Shown one piece after another: positions 52,799-62,265 of a stretch of DNA of 64,000 nucleotides. Below the pieces are notes generated by a model that saw only the letters and a program-made list of their open reading frames with translations, did no database searches and had not been told where the DNA came from. Source of the DNA: Bacillota bacterium (GTDB lineage Bacteria > Bacillota > Clostridia > Christensenellales > CAMQZB01); contig JAWXUU010000002.1 of the NCBI GenBank assembly GCA_044426085.1, positions 36,663 through 100,662 of the forward strand. The letters are read 5' to 3'. Made by a program: the position numbers and the translations under genes. Numbering within the stretch: position 1 is the first letter of the stretch; every line of letters starts with the position of its first letter.

Positions 52799-53410
52799 AT
52801 GAAAAAAGTATTTGCAATTTTTTTGGTGGTGGTTATGATTTTTTCAATGACTGCTTGCGGTGAGAGTGCCGAAGAACAATCGTACGACAATGATGATTAT
52901 GGCGGTACAAATCCAATCGTCACAATAGAAATGGAAAATGGTGGGATTATCACAATCGAACTGTATCCAGATGTTGCCCCAGCAACAGTGGCGAATTTCG
53001 TTTCACTGGTGGAAGAAGGGTTCTATGACGGTTTGATTTTTCATCGCTGTATCGAAGGGTTTATGATTCAAGGTGGCGACCCACTAGGAACAGGCACTGG
53101 TGGAAGTGATGAAAAAATTGTCGGCGAATTTTCTGCAAACGGATATGAAAACAATCTATCTCACACTCGCGGTGTGATTTCTATGGCAAGAAGTTCAAGC
53201 TATGATTCAGCTTCATCACAATTCTTTATCATGCATCAAGACTACACTGGTCTTGACGGCTCATACGCAGCTTTTGGCATGGTTATAGACGGCATGGATG
53301 TTGTCGACGAAATTGTGTCAGTCGAAAAAACAGTGGGTTCAGACGGGGCATACAGCAGTCCTATCGAGCAACAAATCATGAAGAGTGTTACAGTTTCATA
53401 CGGTGAATAA
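52799..53410 (+). CDS. Peptidyl-prolyl isomerase, cyclophilin type, lipoprotein (extracytoplasmic paralog)
   Basis: Signal peptide with lipobox MTAC, then a cyclophilin core FHRCIEGFMIQGGDP...SQFFIM. Confidence 0.85.
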   Translation: MKKVFAIFLVVVMIFSMTACGESAEEQSYDNDDYGGTNPIVTIEMENGGIITIELYPDVAPATVANFVSLVEEGFYDGLIFHRCIEGFMIQGGDPLGTGTGGSDEKIVGEFSANGYENNLSHTRGVISMARSSSYDSASSQFFIMHQDYTGLDGSYAAFGMVIDGMDVVDEIVSVEKTVGSDGAYSSPIEQQIMKSVTVSYGE

Positions 53411-53447
53411 AAACTGAGATTCTAAAAACACTAAATAACGCAAAAGA

Positions 53448-53470
53448 AAAGACCTCCATGTGAGGTCTTT
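53448..53470. terminator. Bidirectional terminator between convergent genes
   Basis: AAAGACCTC (53448-53456) pairs with GAGGTCTTT (53462-53470). Confidence 0.65.
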
Positions 53471-54461
53471 AAATTTTGTCAATATTTTCAAGGTATTTTT
53501 CTTTTAGCTTTTTCAAGTCATTTTTGTATTGCTGTTTATATGCTCGCTTGATTTCACTGTTGTGTTTTTTCACCATTCGCTTAGCTGTTGTGTTTTTTGT
53601 TTTTATATCTTGCGAAGGCTTATTTGATGTGATTGATAACGGAGATGCGTTTTCTGCTGATTTATTATTATCAAAAGAAATGATGTCTGCAGTTTTAGAA
53701 TTTTTGAAAACATCCCTAACAGTGGAAAAGAAAATCTTGGTTTTCCCATCTTCAGAAGTAGCTGAGCGTCGCTGTATTTTTCTGATACCGCGATATATTA
53801 TATAAAGTAGAATGCAAGATGTTATTGAAAGCATCAAAATGTTTAATGCTTGATAAGCAGGGCCGTGTTCCCATGTGATAATCATAGAATATATCGTGAT
53901 GCCAAGCGACCACAACAACATTATCCGCCTAAGTGCAACCGCTACGCTTTTATAATTTTTCAAAATCTTAATTTGTCGTGATGTGGGGGATAAGTCCCTG
54001 TGTGTGTTTTTATATATAGCAATATTAACAACTGTTATTGCAATAAAGAAAACACAAAAAAGAGCAATAAATATGTTCATTATTGTATAGTTTGCAAGAT
54101 CATTGATGTGGCTTATATTGAAAACTGTGTATGCAAACATAAGAGCAGTATAGAAAATTGTCATAAATTTATTGAACTTGAATCGAACGTTTTTTTCAAC
54201 ATCGGAAAGTCCATTCAATACGGCTGATGCAATTTCAAAATAGTTTTGTGGTGAATCACTTTTGACGATTCTGCAACAATCAATAAAATCCCCATTCTCA
54301 TCTTTGATAATAACTGGGTCAAGTTCCTTTTGTTTGCTTTCTTCTTGAATTTGAACCATTTTATCATCGACAACAGCTGTAACTTTTTCCAAAACTTCAG
54401 AAAGGTCTTGCTGATTTTTTATTTTATTTATTCCTTTAAAATAACTGAATATATTTCTCAT
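53469..54461 (-). CDS. Hypothetical membrane protein (~330 aa; soluble N-domain, ~4 TM, Lys-rich C-tail)
   Basis: Long ORF. The preferred start is ATG 54461 (MRNIFSYF...), 6 nt downstream of a TGcTATAAT -10. The track start at 54554 would run through that promoter. Confidence 0.5.
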   Translation of the reverse strand: MRNIFSYFKGINKIKNQQDLSEVLEKVTAVVDDKMVQIQEESKQKELDPVIIKDENGDFIDCCRIVKSDSPQNYFEIASAVLNGLSDVEKNVRFKFNKFMTIFYTALMFAYTVFNISHINDLANYTIMNIFIALFCVFFIAITVVNIAIYKNTHRDLSPTSRQIKILKNYKSVAVALRRIMLLWSLGITIYSMIITWEHGPAYQALNILMLSITSCILLYIIYRGIRKIQRRSATSEDGKTKIFFSTVRDVFKNSKTADIISFDNNKSAENASPLSITSNKPSQDIKTKNTTAKRMVKKHNSEIKRAYKQQYKNDLKKLKEKYLENIDKI

Positions 54462-54555
54462 GAAACGATTATAGCACAGCGAATATTTTTTGTATATAAA
54501 CAAAATGTCAAAAATAAAACAAAAGTAAGGCAAAAATAAGATAAAAATAAACAAA

Positions 54556-54711
54556 TTAAAACTCGTGCTTTAAAACACCCCCACAACGCGGACACTTATA
54601 AGATGAAAAAATAACGCACATATTGCAAAACTCCGCCTTGCAAGTTTTGCAAGAATAGGAATTATATCTTGAAACACCAGTGTGACAAACACTGCAAGTG
54701 CACCTTTTCAT
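54556..54711 (-). CDS. Cys-rich microprotein 2 (51 aa, predicted double zinc ribbon)
   Basis: MKRCTCSVCHTGVSRYNSYSCKTCKAEFCNMCVIFSSYKCPRCGGVLKHEF contains four CxxC pairs. Its ATG overlaps the stop of microprotein 1 (TGATG). Confidence 0.5.
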   Translation of the reverse strand: MKRCTCSVCHTGVSRYNSYSCKTCKAEFCNMCVIFSSYKCPRCGGVLKHEF

Positions 54712-54854
54712 CAGTGGATGTATGTGAGGTCGCATATGCAATAATTGCAAATATCATCACTTGTGCAATCCTCGCAAGCAATGCACCCACATTCTGGGCA
54801 AACTCGCATTTTCGCAGTTTCAACTTCCATTCCGCATTTATAACATTTAAGCAT
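54711..54854 (-). CDS. Cys-rich microprotein 1 (47 aa, 10 Cys, predicted zinc ribbon); not in the supplied ORF track
   Basis: Hand translation gives MLKCYKCGMEVETAKMRVCPECGCIACEDCTSDDICNYCICDLTYIH. A GGAGG RBS (54861-54865) lies 6 nt upstream of ATG 54854. Confidence 0.5.
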   Translation of the reverse strand: MLKCYKCGMEVETAKMRVCPECGCIACEDCTSDDICNYCICDLTYIH

Positions 54855-54905
54855 ATAAATCCTCCATTTGTTTGATGAAAATAATATGCTAAATATTGTT
54901 ATTTT

Positions 54906-55391
54906 TTATTCACTTATGTCGGCAATGTTAATAACTTGAACGCCTTTTTTATATGCGTAGTTGCAAGTGTAGTATGTGCCGGATTTATTATACGTTAAAA
55001 AACATATAAGGATTGAAGAATTATCCACTAAAAAACGATTGCGTTTTCGCATTGAATATGCTGTTTGTGATTTGCCAGTTTGGATTATTTCATAGGCAGA
55101 CTCCATAATTTTCTTATATGAAATCATCTCGGAAACAGAAAAGCTTTCAGTTTGATTATCGCATGGAACAACGGGAATAATTTTTATATGCGTATAAACC
55201 TCTCGAAGTTTCAAAATGCAAAGACCGCAAATAAGGTCAAACCCTTTTGCCATACCAAGAAGAAAAGTGTCGTATCCATCTTTGACATATTGCAAAATAA
55301 GATTGTTCAAATTTTGATATAAATTGTCGCTAAGTTGGATGTTTCTGTGTCCACTGAACGACATTGTTTTTTCAATGTTGAATTCTATCAT
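54906..55391 (-). CDS. DUF1273 / YpsA-like SLOG-family protein
   Basis: 161 aa. FSGHR near the N-terminus and a GMAKGFD motif match my recollection of the YpsA (UPF0398) family. Confidence 0.65.
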   Translation of the reverse strand: MIEFNIEKTMSFSGHRNIQLSDNLYQNLNNLILQYVKDGYDTFLLGMAKGFDLICGLCILKLREVYTHIKIIPVVPCDNQTESFSVSEMISYKKIMESAYEIIQTGKSQTAYSMRKRNRFLVDNSSILICFLTYNKSGTYYTCNYAYKKGVQVINIADISE

Positions 55392-55397
55392 GAAATA

Positions 55398-55426
55398 AGT
55401 ATATCAAAAAATCATATATAGTACAA
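55398..55426 (-). promoter_or_regulatory. Promoter TTGTAC-N17-TATACT lying 6 nt upstream of the YpsA-like ATG (leaderless candidate)
   Basis: On the minus strand, TTGTAC is at 55426-55421, TATACT at 55403-55398 and ATG at 55391, with no SD. Confidence 0.5.
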
Positions 55427-55527
55427 CAGATTTCAATCAAAAAAAGCCAATTTTAGACAAATTATGAAAGCGAATATTTTGCTTTGGTTGTAAAATGCAA
55501 AGTAATAATTTGGGTTGGTGGTTGTTT

Positions 55528-57756
55528 ATGCAAGATAATAAAATAGCTTATTATAAAAATTATATAATTGTTGCATACGTTTTTCTTTGTAGCATTTTTT
55601 GTGTTAATTCAATAATTTTTAATCAAGGTCTTTTGGTGGGTTTTTTGGCGGGATGCATGATATTTGTTCCAAGCGTGTGGTTTGGGGCAATATGCTTTAC
55701 GCTTTCCATGATAATGGCAATCCAAGGTGAATTTGTTTCTTATCTGATAGTTCTTGGCTACATATTTCTTATAGGGATTATCCAAAAGAAATTCTTTTAT
55801 CAAAATCAAATTATCAAATATATTATTTATTCAGTTGCATATATTCCATGTATTTTTATCTTTCAATTGACTTTATTATTTCATATTGCTAATTTTTTAG
55901 TGTCACTGGCAATCGCTGGGATAAGCGAGCAAATCACTTGCAGATTTTGCGGAATGCAAGATTTGAGCGTGCTTTTTTCAAATTGTTTTCCAAACTGTTT
56001 CATGCTTTTTATAATAGGGATATCAAGCCCCACAATGAATTTATGGCATTTTAATTTGTATCATGTTATTTTTGCACTTGCAACCTTGACCTATTCTAAG
56101 CAAGCCGATGAAAAAACTTGCATATGGAGCATGATTTTTCTTTCGCTTGGTGGCTATCTTGCAGGTCTTGAATATTCAACATTCATTTTTGCAATATGTG
56201 TTTTTTCAACGCTTGCAGTTTGCGAGTGGAGCAGTGGCATTTCGCTTAGTGTTTATCTTATTTCTTTTATAGCAGTTTCATTTTTTATTAACGATGTAAA
56301 TTTTGACATAAACTCCGCAATTATATCAGCAGTTGCGGGCGGACTTGTTTTTCTTGCAGTTCCCCACAAAAAAATTAAGGAGATAAGTGCTAAAAATAAA
56401 TATGCGTCGCAAAAAGATATAATAAATCGCGACAGAAGTAAAATAGCAATAAAAATTGAAGAGCTTTCTTCATGTTTTTTGAAAATTGCTCAAGGTTATA
56501 ATGAAATCGCAAAATCAAAATATAAACAGAGTGACTCTATCAAATATATAACTTGCGAAACAATTAAGCATATCTGCGAAAATTGTGATAAATTTTCATT
56601 TTGCAACAAAAGTGATGTGTGGCGCAATGCAGAACTTGATTATTTATCTCAGTGCGCTATGCAAAAAGGCAAAACGACCATGCTTGATTTTGGTGATTTC
56701 ATATCTAGTAGCTGTGTGAGAAAGGTTGATTTGCTTGGCGAAATCAATAAGATAGCTTCAAATGCAAAAAATCAAGTTTTGCAACTAGAAGAAAAGCAAA
56801 AATCAAAAGAAGAAGTTGCAAGAACCTACCAAAGAGTCGCCGTCGTGCTGGAAAAATTATCCCTTGAAGCATCAAAGAAAATAAGCTTTGATTCTAATGC
56901 TCAATTGGAAATTTCTCAAGCACTTGATAAGGCTACGGTGTTTTACAGAGAACTTTTTATATATCAAAACGAAAATAAGTGTGTTTGCGTGGAGCTGTTT
57001 GCAAGAAAAGATGATGCGGGAGAAATCCTTTCGTGCATAGAACGTATTTTTGGATATAATTTCCACCTTGCTTCAAGCAGAAATCAATATGAAGATAGCT
57101 GTGATTATATGATTTTTTGTAAATCGCCAAGGGTCAATGTGGAGTATGGATACGCAACGAAACCCAAAAAGCACGGTCACCCAAATGGCGATTCAATGAC
57201 AATAATCAACTTGCCAGATGCCAGATTTGTTTGCGTTATTTGCGATGGGATGGGCAGTGGAGAAAGTGCACATGAATTTTCCCAAAAAGCGGTATCCTTT
57301 ATTGAAAATCTTTTCAGTGCAGGGTTTGTTGCAAGCGACATTATAACAAATGTGAACAGTTTTATGGAAAACTGTGAATATAATTCATATGCAACGCTAG
57401 ATATTCTTGAAATTGACCTATATTCAGAAAAAGCGTATCTATATAAAGTAGGCTCTCCCGACACATATTTCCAATCTACAAAAACTCACTTGATAAGTTC
57501 AAAAGCTCTGCCAATTGGGATAATGAAAGAAATCAAGCTTGAAATAAATTCTTTTGGCGTGTCGAAAGGTGACAAAATAATTCTTACAAGTGATGGTGTG
57601 CTTGACTTTATGAGAGCAGAGATTGAAAACGGTATAAATAACAAATCATTTGTAAGTTCGCAAGTGTTTGCCGACAGAATAATGCAAGAATGTGATAAAA
57701 AAATGACTCGTGGCAGTTCTGATGACAGAACAATTATTGCCATTGAAATTATTTAG
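55528..57756 (+). CDS. spoIIE: Stage II sporulation protein E (membrane PP2C phosphatase)
   Basis: About 10 N-terminal TM helices, a central domain and a C-terminal PP2C domain (ICDGMGSGESA ... SDDRTIIAIE). The start is uncertain (55495 or 55528). 55528 is preferred because TAAAAT at 55490-55495 looks like the -10. Confidence 0.85.
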   Translation: MQDNKIAYYKNYIIVAYVFLCSIFCVNSIIFNQGLLVGFLAGCMIFVPSVWFGAICFTLSMIMAIQGEFVSYLIVLGYIFLIGIIQKKFFYQNQIIKYIIYSVAYIPCIFIFQLTLLFHIANFLVSLAIAGISEQITCRFCGMQDLSVLFSNCFPNCFMLFIIGISSPTMNLWHFNLYHVIFALATLTYSKQADEKTCIWSMIFLSLGGYLAGLEYSTFIFAICVFSTLAVCEWSSGISLSVYLISFIAVSFFINDVNFDINSAIISAVAGGLVFLAVPHKKIKEISAKNKYASQKDIINRDRSKIAIKIEELSSCFLKIAQGYNEIAKSKYKQSDSIKYITCETIKHICENCDKFSFCNKSDVWRNAELDYLSQCAMQKGKTTMLDFGDFISSSCVRKVDLLGEINKIASNAKNQVLQLEEKQKSKEEVARTYQRVAVVLEKLSLEASKKISFDSNAQLEISQALDKATVFYRELFIYQNENKCVCVELFARKDDAGEILSCIERIFGYNFHLASSRNQYEDSCDYMIFCKSPRVNVEYGYATKPKKHGHPNGDSMTIINLPDARFVCVICDGMGSGESAHEFSQKAVSFIENLFSAGFVASDIITNVNSFMENCEYNSYATLDILEIDLYSEKAYLYKVGSPDTYFQSTKTHLISSKALPIGIMKEIKLEINSFGVSKGDKIILTSDGVLDFMRAEIENGINNKSFVSSQVFADRIMQECDKKMTRGSSDDRTIIAIEII

Positions 57757-57808
57757 TGCAAATTAGTGGAATAATGGTCAAAAAGCTATGAAATCCACCC
57801 CGAAAAGA

Positions 57809-57837
57809 TTGCAAAATTTCTCGCTATGTTGTATAAT
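57809..57837 (+). promoter_or_regulatory. Promoter TTGCAA-N17-TATAAT lying 9 nt upstream of the tilS ATG (leaderless or near-leaderless candidate)
   Basis: TTGCAA at 57809-57814, TATAAT at 57832-57837, ATG at 57847, no SD. Confidence 0.55.
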
Positions 57838-57846
57838 GAAAAAACT

Positions 57847-59190
57847 ATGAAAAAAGAGTTAAGCCCACAATTTAATTATAAACTTCTCGATGGATATAAG
57901 CGCGTTTGCGTCGCTTGTTCTGGTGGGATTGATTCAATTGCACTTTTGCATGTTCTCAGCGAATATCGTCAAAAGCATAAATTTGAACTCTACGCCGTGA
58001 ATATCGATCACGACCTAAGGGAAACATCAAAAAGGGATAGCCTTTTTGTAAAGCAAATTTGCAAGAGCTTGAAAGTGACGCTTTTTTCAAAAAAAGTGAA
58101 AGTGAAGGCAATTGCTAAGCGAAAGAAGCTAGGCATCGAAGAATGCGCAAGAGAGGAAAGATATAAGTTTTTTGATCAGCTTATAAATGACAACATGGTA
58201 GATGTTATCGCACTTGCTCATCACAATCAAGACGATATCGAAACAATGCTTATGAACCTTTCAAGGGGTTGTTTTCTCAACGGACTATACGGCATAAAAG
58301 AACAGCGCGACCACTTTATTCGCCCTATGCTTATGGTGAAAAAAGGCGAGATTAAAGAATTTGCACAAGATAGAAACCTTGAATATATGCACGACGAAAC
58401 AAACGACGATATTGCATATTCAAGAAACTATGTGCGAAGAGAAATCCTTCCGAAAATCATTGAAAAATTCCCAAATTTTGAAAATAGCTTTATGTCGATG
58501 AAAAATTCAATAAAAACCGACGAAGAACATTTCGATAAATACGTAAGCCAAGCGTTGATTTTTGAAGAAGATTGCGTGAAAGTGAAAATATATAAAATTT
58601 TTGATGATCAAGCTGTTGCTTTTAGGGCATATCTTAAAGCACTTGCACATCTTGGAATAACGAAAAATGTATATAAGGCTAACCTTGAAGAAATTCACAG
58701 TCTGCTAGAAAAGGAAAATGGAAAATACGTTTGCGTGAAAGACGGTATTTGTTGCTTTAAAGATTATGGACAGCTAACATTTGAAAGAAATAAGTCTTAT
58801 TTCAATCAAACTTTTGAAATTCAAGTTGGTGAATACATAGTCGGCGATAAGCTCTTGAAAATACAGCCTTCCGAGCGTTATGAAAGCGAGTTCATGGCAA
58901 CTTATATCGATGGAGATAAACTCCCAGAAGATGCCATTTTGCGACGTCGAGAACAAGGCGATATGTTTGCGAGAAAAGCGGGCACAAAGAAGCTGAAATC
59001 CTTTTTGATTGATGTGAAAATACCACAGCGTGAACGCGATGATTTATTTGTCATAGCGTCTGGGAAAACAGTTCTTGCTGTTTGCGGTGTGGAATGTGGC
59101 AGAGACTTGCTTATCACAGAACAAACTACGAATATATTAAAAATCACATATAAAAAATTTAAGATTTATACGGAGGATAAAAATGTATAA
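57847..59190 (+). CDS. tilS: tRNA(Ile)-lysidine synthetase
   Basis: PP-loop motif ACSGGIDS. Conserved position between spoIIE and hpt, as in Bacillus. Confidence 0.88.
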   Translation: MKKELSPQFNYKLLDGYKRVCVACSGGIDSIALLHVLSEYRQKHKFELYAVNIDHDLRETSKRDSLFVKQICKSLKVTLFSKKVKVKAIAKRKKLGIEECAREERYKFFDQLINDNMVDVIALAHHNQDDIETMLMNLSRGCFLNGLYGIKEQRDHFIRPMLMVKKGEIKEFAQDRNLEYMHDETNDDIAYSRNYVRREILPKIIEKFPNFENSFMSMKNSIKTDEEHFDKYVSQALIFEEDCVKVKIYKIFDDQAVAFRAYLKALAHLGITKNVYKANLEEIHSLLEKENGKYVCVKDGICCFKDYGQLTFERNKSYFNQTFEIQVGEYIVGDKLLKIQPSERYESEFMATYIDGDKLPEDAILRRREQGDMFARKAGTKKLKSFLIDVKIPQRERDDLFVIASGKTVLAVCGVECGRDLLITEQTTNILKITYKKFKIYTEDKNV

Positions 59191-59719
59191 CGACATCGAA
59201 AGAGTTCTTCTCACAAACGAAGAAATCGAAAACAGAATTGCAGAAATCGCATCAGAACTAGACAGAGACTACGCGGGCAAAATGCCATTGGTTATTTGCA
59301 TCCTGAAGGGGTCATACATGTTCTTTGCAAAACTTTCACAATGCATGAAAGAAAAACACAACGTTGACTTTATGACAATTTCAAGCTACGGCAGTGGCAC
59401 AGAATCAAGTGGTAAAGTGAAAATGATGAAAGATGCAGAAAAGAACATTGAAGGCAGAGATGTTATTATCGTTGAAGATATTATCGACAGTGGTAACACA
59501 ATGAGTTTCTTGACAAAAATGTTCAAAGAAAGAAATCCAAAATCTGTTAAACTCGTGACACTTCTTGACAAACCATCAAGAAGAGAAGTTGAAATCGTTC
59601 CTGATTATTGCGGTTTTGAAGTTCCAGACTATTTCGTTGTTGGATACGGACTTGACTATAACGAAGTATACAGAAATATGCCAGATATTGGAATTTTGAA
59701 AGAAGAAGTTTATAGATAG
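59183..59719 (+). CDS. hpt: Hypoxanthine phosphoribosyltransferase
   Basis: PRTase motif VIIVEDIIDSGNT plus GYGLDY. Confidence 0.93.
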   Translation: MYNDIERVLLTNEEIENRIAEIASELDRDYAGKMPLVICILKGSYMFFAKLSQCMKEKHNVDFMTISSYGSGTESSGKVKMMKDAEKNIEGRDVIIVEDIIDSGNTMSFLTKMFKERNPKSVKLVTLLDKPSRREVEIVPDYCGFEVPDYFVVGYGLDYNEVYRNMPDIGILKEEVYR

Positions 59720-59735
59720 TTTAAACAAAAGCAAT

Positions 59736-59774
59736 CTCACTCATCAAATCACTTGTTTTGATGAGTGATTTTTT
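59736..59774 (+). terminator. Intrinsic terminator after hpt
   Basis: TCACTCATCAAA (59736-59747) pairs with TTTGATGAGTGA (59757-59768), then T6. Confidence 0.75.
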
Positions 59775-59865
59775 ATTATTAAGTAAAAAGTGGCTATTTC
59801 TCTTGATTATTTTGAAATAATTATGTAAAATATATGCAACAGATAATACGTACAATAGGTGAATT

Positions 59866-62265
59866 ATGGAAAATATAACAGAAAATATATATGATGAAAT
59901 AAGTGATGAAATAACTGAGGAAACAGCTGTGCCTGAATATAACAACTATCCAATGATAGTTCTCAGGGGAATAGTTGTGTTCCCTTATGGCGAAGTCAGC
60001 ATGGATATCGGCAGAGAAAAATCTTTGAAAGCCCTCGCCGCGCTTGTGGAAGAAAAGAAGTCAAGCGAAATTTTCTTTGCGACTCAATTTGACACTGCAA
60101 TTCAAGACCCCAATACAGACCAAATAATGCACACTGGCGTTATTTGCACAGTTAAACAAATTGTGAAAATCAGTAAGGATATTGTGAAAGTTGTTGTTGC
60201 GGGCAAGAAAAAAGCGGTCATTAGATCATTTATGCAAGAAGCACCGTATTTCAGGGTGGAAGTTGAAGAAATCAGCGAAGAATTCAATCCTGATGCACTA
60301 TCATATGAATGCGAAGCGCTCATGAGAAAAATCAAAAACCAATGCCTTGAATTTGCAAGAATAGAGCCAAAAACCGTCAATGCAAACTTCAGAGAAATGG
60401 AAGTTACTGCAAATCCATATAAGCTTTTATACGGAACTGCAAATCAATTTTTGAAAACAGTTGAAGAAAGAATCGAAATTTTGGAAACTCCTAAGCTTGA
60501 AGATGCACTTTTGAAACTTTGTGTTTCACTTGTGAAAGGTGTAGAAATTTTAAAGCTTGATAAAAAAATTAATCTCAAAGTTAAAAAATCAGTTGATAAA
60601 AACCAAAAGGAATACTATCTTCGCGAACAAATCAAAGCTATTCAAGAAGAACTTGGCGACACGGCAAGTGAAACCAAGATGTATGAAGAAAAACTTGAAA
60701 ATCTAAAACTAAAAAATAAAGACACTGTTGAAAAAGTGAAAAAAGATATAAGAAGATTGAGCACGATGAACCCTCAATCACCCGATTTCAACGTAATGAA
60801 AAACTATCTTGATTTCTTCTTTGACTTGCCTTGGGAAAAATTCACAAAAGACAACACCAATATCGCAAATGCAAGAGTTATTCTAGATGAAGACCATTTT
60901 GGTCTTGAAAAAGTGAAAGAAAGAATACTTGAATTTTTGGCTGTTCACGCACTCACAAAAACACTCAACGGTCCTATTTTGTGTTTTGTTGGACCTCCTG
61001 GGGTTGGCAAAACTTCAATTGCGAAATCGATTGCAAGGGCACTGGATAGAAAATTTGTCCGCATGAGCCTTGGTGGTGTTCGTGACGAAGCTGAAATACG
61101 TGGTCACAGAAAAACATATATCGGCGCAATGAGCGGTAAGATTTTATACAACATCAGAAATGCAAAATCTGCAAACCCTGTTTTCTTGCTTGACGAAATC
61201 GAGAAGATGACAAGCGATATGCGTGGCGACCCACAAAGTGCAATGCTTGAAGTTTTGGATCCGGAAATGAACAAATCATTTAAAGATAACTTCTTAGAAG
61301 TTGATTTTGACCTTTCAAAAACACTTTTTGTCGCAACTGCAAACTCCTTGGATAATATTTCCGCACCACTTCTTGATAGAATGGAAGTTATTCAGCTTTC
61401 AGGATACACAGAAGAAGAAAAAATTGAAATTGCCAAGAGATATCTTATTCCAAGAAAACTCAAAGAAAACGGCGTTGATGATATGCAAATCAACATCACG
61501 GATAAAGCTCTTTCAACTATAATCTATCACTACACAAGAGAATCAGGTGTCAGAAGTTTAGAGCGTGAAATTGGCAAAATTTCAAGAAGAATCGCTTTGA
61601 AATATGCTTCTGGCGAAATTGAAAATAAAGTTGATATTGATGTTGCGGATATCGAAAGCTATCTTGGCACAATAAAATATTTGTCTGACACAGTGAATGT
61701 GAAAAACGAAATCGGAACTTGCAACGGACTTGCATGGACAAGCGTTGGCGGAACTACGCTTGAAATTGAAGTTTCACTTATGCCAGGCAAAGGAGAGATT
61801 ATTCTCACGGGTAAACTTGGCGATGTGATGAAAGAATCTGCAAGAACAGCGCTAAGCTATATCCACGCACACGCGTATGAATTTGGCATTTCCGAAAGCC
61901 TTTTCAACGAAAAAGATATTCACTTGCACGTTCCAGAAGGGGCAACTCCAAAAGATGGTCCTTCAGCGGGCATAACAATTGCAACTGCAATCCTTTCTGC
62001 AATGACAAAGCGTCCAACATATCACGATGTGGCTATGACAGGCGAAATCACACTTCGCGGAAAAGTACTCCCGATTGGCGGACTGAAAGAAAAAGTGCTT
62101 GCGGCAAGCAGACACGGTATAAAAAAGGTACTAATACCTTTTGAAAACGCAAAAGACATTGCAGAAATTCCTGCAAGTGTAAGAGAAAAAATAGAATTTG
62201 TTACATGCAAAGACGTAAATGAAGTTTTTGCACACGCAATTTTGAAGGAAGAACATGATAATTAA
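59866..62265 (+). CDS. lon: ATP-dependent Lon protease (LonA)
   Basis: LON N-domain, Walker [10 protein letters not shown], and protease motif [10 protein letters not shown]. Confidence 0.96.
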   Translation: MENITENIYDEISDEITEETAVPEYNNYPMIVLRGIVVFPYGEVSMDIGREKSLKALAALVEEKKSSEIFFATQFDTAIQDPNTDQIMHTGVICTVKQIVKISKDIVKVVVAGKKKAVIRSFMQEAPYFRVEVEEISEEFNPDALSYECEALMRKIKNQCLEFARIEPKTVNANFREMEVTANPYKLLYGTANQFLKTVEERIEILETPKLEDALLKLCVSLVKGVEILKLDKKINLKVKKSVDKNQKEYYLREQIKAIQEELGDTASETKMYEEKLENLKLKNKDTVEKVKKDIRRLSTMNPQSPDFNVMKNYLDFFFDLPWEKFTKDNTNIANARVILDEDHFGLEKVKERILEFLAVHALTKTLNGPILCFVGPPGVGKTSIAKSIARALDRKFVRMSLGGVRDEAEIRGHRKTYIGAMSGKILYNIRNAKSANPVFLLDEIEKMTSDMRGDPQSAMLEVLDPEMNKSFKDNFLEVDFDLSKTLFVATANSLDNISAPLLDRMEVIQLSGYTEEEKIEIAKRYLIPRKLKENGVDDMQINITDKALSTIIYHYTRESGVRSLEREIGKISRRIALKYASGEIENKVDIDVADIESYLGTIKYLSDTVNVKNEIGTCNGLAWTSVGGTTLEIEVSLMPGKGEIILTGKLGDVMKESARTALSYIHAHAYEFGISESLFNEKDIHLHVPEGATPKDGPSAGITIATAILSAMTKRPTYHDVAMTGEITLRGKVLPIGGLKEKVLAASRHGIKKVLIPFENAKDIAEIPASVREKIEFVTCKDVNEVFAHAILKEEHDN

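Noticed and set aside
54556-54854. Considered the Cys-rich microproteins as RiPP precursors or bacteriocins
   Set aside because: There is no adjacent maturase (radical SAM, LanM/LanBC, YcaO), protease or export ABC gene, and no leader/core organisation. The regular CxxC spacing fits structural zinc ribbons better.
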